From NCBI GenBank assembly GCA_963757335.1, contig CAVWRJ010000001.1, positions 6,917 to 70,916 of the forward strand: 64,000 bases of DNA. Direction: 5' to 3'. Numbering within the stretch: the stretch's first letter is position 1; each line of letters begins with the position of its first letter. A program made the translations under genes and the position numbers. Below the pieces are notes generated by a model that saw nothing but the letters and a program-made list of their open reading frames with translations, searched no databases and had not been told where the DNA came from. This stretch comes from an uncultured Acidobacteriota bacterium. GTDB taxonomy: Bacteria; Acidobacteriota; Thermoanaerobaculia; Multivoradales; UBA5704. Positions 60,917-64,000 of the stretch are shown here, in pieces.

Positions 60917-62527
60917 TCACCCCAACGGCACCAGCTCCAACCCCGCCGCCGCTCGCGCCGCGCGGCGACGGGCCCAGACGGCCGCGGGTAGATGCAGCAA
61001 GAGGAGCGACGAGAGGACCCAAAGGGCGCCGGACGGGAAGAAGCGCTGGCTCAGAAAGAAGAGGACTGTCCCGAGGCCGCTCACCAGGCTGCCCGAGAGG
61101 ATGACCAGGATCCGCCCGCCGGCCGCCCCCCCTTCCCGCCGCGAGGGCTGGGAGAAGGGGAACTCCGGGAAGACGATCTTGCCGGCGACGAGGAGGAGGT
61201 CGCCGTAGACGACTAAAGCGGCGAGCCAGAGGAGCTTCTGCGGCCAGGCACCAGCCGCCTGGAAGCCGAAATTCCGATCGCAGAAGGCGACAGCGACCGA
61301 CAGGGGGAGGAGCAGGAGAACGCGGAGGAGGGGGATCGTCGACAGGGAGAAGCGGGTCCGGTCGATCGGGGACGAGAGCAGCCACCAGAGGCTCTCCGGC
61401 CGTGGGCTGCGGGTCAGGGTGTCGGCGCTTACGAGGAGCAGCCAGCCGTAGAAGAAGGGGATCAACCATCCCCCCATCAGGCCGCTCGAACCGGAATAGA
61501 CGAGGATGAGGAAGAGCCCGGTCAACGGCAGAGACAGGACCTCGGAGCGGGTCCGCCAGTCGGAGCGCAGATGGATGCGGAGGAGGGCGAAGAGCCGCAG
61601 CCCCTCGAAGCGCAGGAGGTGGGAGAGGAGGCCGCTCGACGAACGAGCCGGAGATTTCGGGAGCGGCCGCCGCGCGGCGGCCCGGGTCTCCGGCTCGAGC
61701 AGCCGGCGGCCGAGCCCCACCGCCAGGCGCCCGCCGCCCCAGAGGAGGAGGACGAGGCTGCCGAGGGCGAGGGCCAGACGGCCCCACGCCGCCCGAGACC
61801 CACCGGTCGCCAGCTCGAACGGAGCGGCGAACCAGAACGGCGGCAGCAGCCAGGAGAGGAAGGCGAAGGTGCGTCCCGGCAGCCGATTCGCGGGGAGGAA
61901 ACGATTGCCGGTGATGGCAAGAAGGTAGCCGATCTGAAAGACCCCCTGGGCCCAGGGCAGCAGGCGGTCCATCGCCCGCCGGCCCCCCGCGCGCACGAGG
62001 AGGACGGCGACCAGCATGCCGGCGGTCGACACCGCGAGGCCGTCCGCGGCCGCCCCTGCCAGAAAGGCGAGCCCCGCCCAGGGACTGTGGGCGAGGAAGC
62101 TCAGGGCGATCGTCGCGGGGACGAAGAGGAAGGCCGACAGCACGGCGAGGCTCCGCGCCACCGAGGCGAGCTTGGCGAGGAGGATCGAGCGGTCGTCGTG
62201 AGGGTGGGCGGCGAGGACCAGATGCTCGCCGGGATGGACCAGGACCTCGGCATTGTCGGTCAAGGCGATCATCAGGAGGAACGCGGAAGTCAGGGTCAGG
62301 GCGAAACCGGCGCCGAGGTGCGGGGACGCCAGGAGCGTCATGGAGGCAGCGGACATGCCGTAGACGAAGGCGAAGAGGCAGAGCGTCGCGAAGGGCGAGA
62401 ACGAGACGGCCTTCCGGCGCACCTGAAGGAGCCGCGCGCGGCGCCCGAGCATCAGCTTCTGGACCCGGTAGACGGAGCGGAACACCCATGGATCGGCGCC
62501 CAGCGCCCGGAGCAGCGGGTCGGTCAC
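60917..62527 (-). CDS. Polytopic membrane protein, putative ABC exporter permease partner
   Basis: GTG 62527 overlaps the stop of the ABC ATPase gene (GTGA). There are at least 10 hydrophobic segments. I recognise no specific family motif. Confidence 0.6.
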   Translation of the reverse strand: MTDPLLRALGADPWVFRSVYRVQKLMLGRRARLLQVRRKAVSFSPFATLCLFAFVYGMSAASMTLLASPHLGAGFALTLTSAFLLMIALTDNAEVLVHPGEHLVLAAHPHDDRSILLAKLASVARSLAVLSAFLFVPATIALSFLAHSPWAGLAFLAGAAADGLAVSTAGMLVAVLLVRAGGRRAMDRLLPWAQGVFQIGYLLAITGNRFLPANRLPGRTFAFLSWLLPPFWFAAPFELATGGSRAAWGRLALALGSLVLLLWGGGRLAVGLGRRLLEPETRAAARRPLPKSPARSSSGLLSHLLRFEGLRLFALLRIHLRSDWRTRSEVLSLPLTGLFLILVYSGSSGLMGGWLIPFFYGWLLLVSADTLTRSPRPESLWWLLSSPIDRTRFSLSTIPLLRVLLLLPLSVAVAFCDRNFGFQAAGAWPQKLLWLAALVVYGDLLLVAGKIVFPEFPFSQPSRREGGAAGGRILVILSGSLVSGLGTVLFFLSQRFFPSGALWVLSSLLLLHLPAAVWARRRAARAAAGLELVPLG

Positions 62528-63330
62528 CGCGCGAGGTCCTCCGGGCGCTCCGAACCTGCCGAGCCCGCCGACCCTTCGCGCGCCCCGTCTCCTTCGCCTC
62601 TCCCCGCCTCGCCGGCAATCCGCAGGAAGAGCTGCGACAGCGATCCGTCCTCGCTCTGCTCGACGAGCTCCCGCGGGCTTCCCAGGGCCGCAACGGTCCC
62701 CTGAACGAGGATCGCCACCCGGGTGCAGACCTTCTCGACCACTTCCAGGATGTGCGAGGAGTAGACGACGGCGCCGCCGGCCGCCGCCCGTTCGCGGAGG
62801 ATCTGCTTTAAAGCCTCCTGGGCATTGACGTCGAGGCCGTCCAGGGGCTCGTCTAAGAGGAGGACCTCGGGGGCGTGCTGGAGAGCGGCGATCAGCAGCA
62901 GCTTCTGCTTCATCCCCTTCGAGTACTCGCCGATGTAGCGGCCGAGGTCGGCGCCCAGGTCGAACGCCTGGAGGAGGGGAGCGCGGCGGTCCCGGGCCAC
63001 CGCCTCGGGCAGGCGGTGAAGGTCGCGCACGAGGTCGAGGAACTCCCCGCCGGTCAAGACGTCGTAGAGCTCGGCCCCCTCGGGAACGTAGCCGATGTGC
63101 CGGCGCACCGAGTCGGCCTCGCTCACCAGGTCGTAGCCCGCGACCCGCCCCCGGCCGGCGCTCGGCAGGAGGAGGGTGGCGAGCATCTTCAAGGTGGTCG
63201 ACTTGCCCGCTCCGTTGGGACCGAGGAGGCCGAAGATCTCCCCGCCGGCGATCGAGAGCGAAACCCCGCGCACGGCGGGGCGGTCGCCATAGCTCCGGGC
63301 GAGGTCGTGGAGCTCGATCAGGGGTTCCAT
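62524..63330 (-). CDS. ABC transporter ATP-binding protein (ABC-2/CcmA-like)
   Basis: Walker A is GLLGPNGAGKSTTLKML. A signature-like YSKGMKQKLLL and Walker B LLLDEPLDGLD are present. Confidence 0.9.
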   Translation of the reverse strand: MEPLIELHDLARSYGDRPAVRGVSLSIAGGEIFGLLGPNGAGKSTTLKMLATLLLPSAGRGRVAGYDLVSEADSVRRHIGYVPEGAELYDVLTGGEFLDLVRDLHRLPEAVARDRRAPLLQAFDLGADLGRYIGEYSKGMKQKLLLIAALQHAPEVLLLDEPLDGLDVNAQEALKQILRERAAAGGAVVYSSHILEVVEKVCTRVAILVQGTVAALGSPRELVEQSEDGSLSQLFLRIAGEAGRGEGDGAREGSAGSAGSERPEDLAR

Positions 63331-63379
63331 CCCGAGTCTCTCCTTTCTCCGTTGCCGCCAGTGCCAAACTGGGGTCTGG

Positions 63380-63446
63380 CTCCGCTTGATTCCGAGGACG
63401 GGCGACTGGCTGCGCGAAAGGAGCCCGCCCGCAGGATCAAGCGGAG
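63380..63446. other. Long inverted repeat (11-bp arms, 45-bp GC-rich interior) spanning the exonuclease stop codon
   Basis: The arms are CTCCGCTTGAT (63380-63390) and ATCAAGCGGAG (63436-63446). The interior contains complementary GGGCG / CGCCC segments. There is no U-run. Confidence 0.35.
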
Positions 63447-64000
63447 TCAGGACCCCAGCGCTCGATCCGCTTGGGGAGCGTCTTGAACCCCAGGCGCAGA
63501 CAGAGTGCCTCGACCGCCGCCCGGTCGGCGCCCCGGTAGAGGAGGTCGGCGAGCCCCACCCCGGCAGGGATCGGCGCCTCCCGGGAGACCGTCGCCAGGC
63601 GCTTCGAGAGGATCGCCATCTCGCGCGACGCCTTGAGCTTGACGTAGAGCGACTTGCCGCCCCGGATGGCGGGAGTCTGCCGCACCTCTTCCAACCTCTC
63701 GTAGAGATCCTCCAGGTGCTCGAAGCGGGAGAGGAGATCGGCGGCGGTCTTCCGGCCGATCCCGGGGACGCCGGGGATGTTGTCGACAGAGTCGCCGGCG
63801 AGGCCGAGGAGATCGGCCACCTGGTCCGGCCGGACGCCGAACTTCTCTTCGACCTCCGCCGCGGTCATCCGGGTCCCCTTGCCGAAATCGTAGAGCGAGG
63901 TCCGCGGATCGACCAGCTGGGCGAGATCTTTGTCCGAGGTGACGATCGTGATGGCTCCCGAGGCCGCGTCCGCCCCGCCCTCCGCCAGGCGGTCGCAGAG
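63437..64000 (-). CDS. 5'-3' exonuclease (FEN / Pol I N-terminal-domain-like), 3' part; continues beyond the right edge
   Basis: DNIPGVPGIGRKTAADLL is the H3TH motif. The upstream in-frame sequence is ...ITIVTSDKDLAQLVDPRTSLYDFGKG. The protein stops at 63437 right after the exonuclease domain, so it looks stand-alone rather than a full Pol I. Confidence 0.8.
   Translation of the reverse strand, partial: LCDRLAEGGADAASGAITIVTSDKDLAQLVDPRTSLYDFGKGTRMTAAEVEEKFGVRPDQVADLLGLAGDSVDNIPGVPGIGRKTAADLLSRFEHLEDLYERLEEVRQTPAIRGGKSLYVKLKASREMAILSKRLATVSREAPIPAGVGLADLLYRGADRAAVEALCLRLGFKTLPKRIERWGPDSA

Noticed and set aside
60917-60919. Programmed read-through or selenocysteine at the permease TGA.
   Set aside because: No SECIS-like hairpin lies immediately downstream, and there is no supporting context. 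A base error or coincidence is more economical. It is kept only as a note within the repeat finding.
60578-60991. A 137-aa plus-strand ORF across the repeat-rich spacer.
   Set aside because: It is generated by the repeats (..GLVFQFIQANSEFFGLVFQFIQAKIEF..), overlaps the permease 3' end in antisense, and has no RBS. The region is treated as a repeat element instead.

Overview
This 64-kb window is compositionally composite, and all calls below come from reading the ORF translations and the DNA, with no database search. (1) 1-12.73 kb has moderate-high G+C and alphaproteobacterium-like gene content (my inference). It holds the livM/G/F tail, a GFA protein, an ICMT-like membrane methyltransferase, two paralogous wHTH-TPR regulators, an alpha/beta hydrolase, a SAM methyltransferase, LysR, a truncated SsuA-like binding protein and a sulfatase. 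Almost every gene here is broken by 1-nt frameshifts. (2) 12.8-64 kb has very high G+C (possibly Acidobacteriota-like, inference only). It holds a sulfotransferase-GT2 fusion, an SPFH operon, a sulfatase-TPR protein, a TonB-dependent receptor and YihY. It also holds a complete minus-strand dcw cluster (mraZ-rsmH-ftsL-ftsI-murE-murF-mraY-murD-ftsW-murG-murC-ftsQ-ftsA-ftsZ), SurA/PpiC-type isomerases, mfd, VapBC and HigBA modules, an ArsR/SRPBCC pair, an ABC exporter and a 5'-3' exonuclease fragment. (3) A visibly lower-G+C islet sits at about 15.46-21.56 kb inside block 2. It encodes a translationally coupled radical-SAM enzyme, a 131-aa unknown protein, and a roughly 1,370-aa Mrr-like-nuclease/NACHT NTPase that is split into two overlapping ORFs. 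A promoter-like element and about 440 bp of 20-21-bp phased repeats (21 units in two opposed blocks) follow immediately. I consider this islet plus repeat array the best candidate for an undescribed, defence-type system. Other points of note are a 59-aa Cys-rich peptide with a bacteriocin/RiPP-type leader, 11-bp-phased CTTGAnn operator repeats in front of both paralogous regulators, an MraZ-box-like repeat, a suspicious junction at 12.73-12.80 kb, and frameshifts in the essential genes murD and mraZ that point to sequence error.
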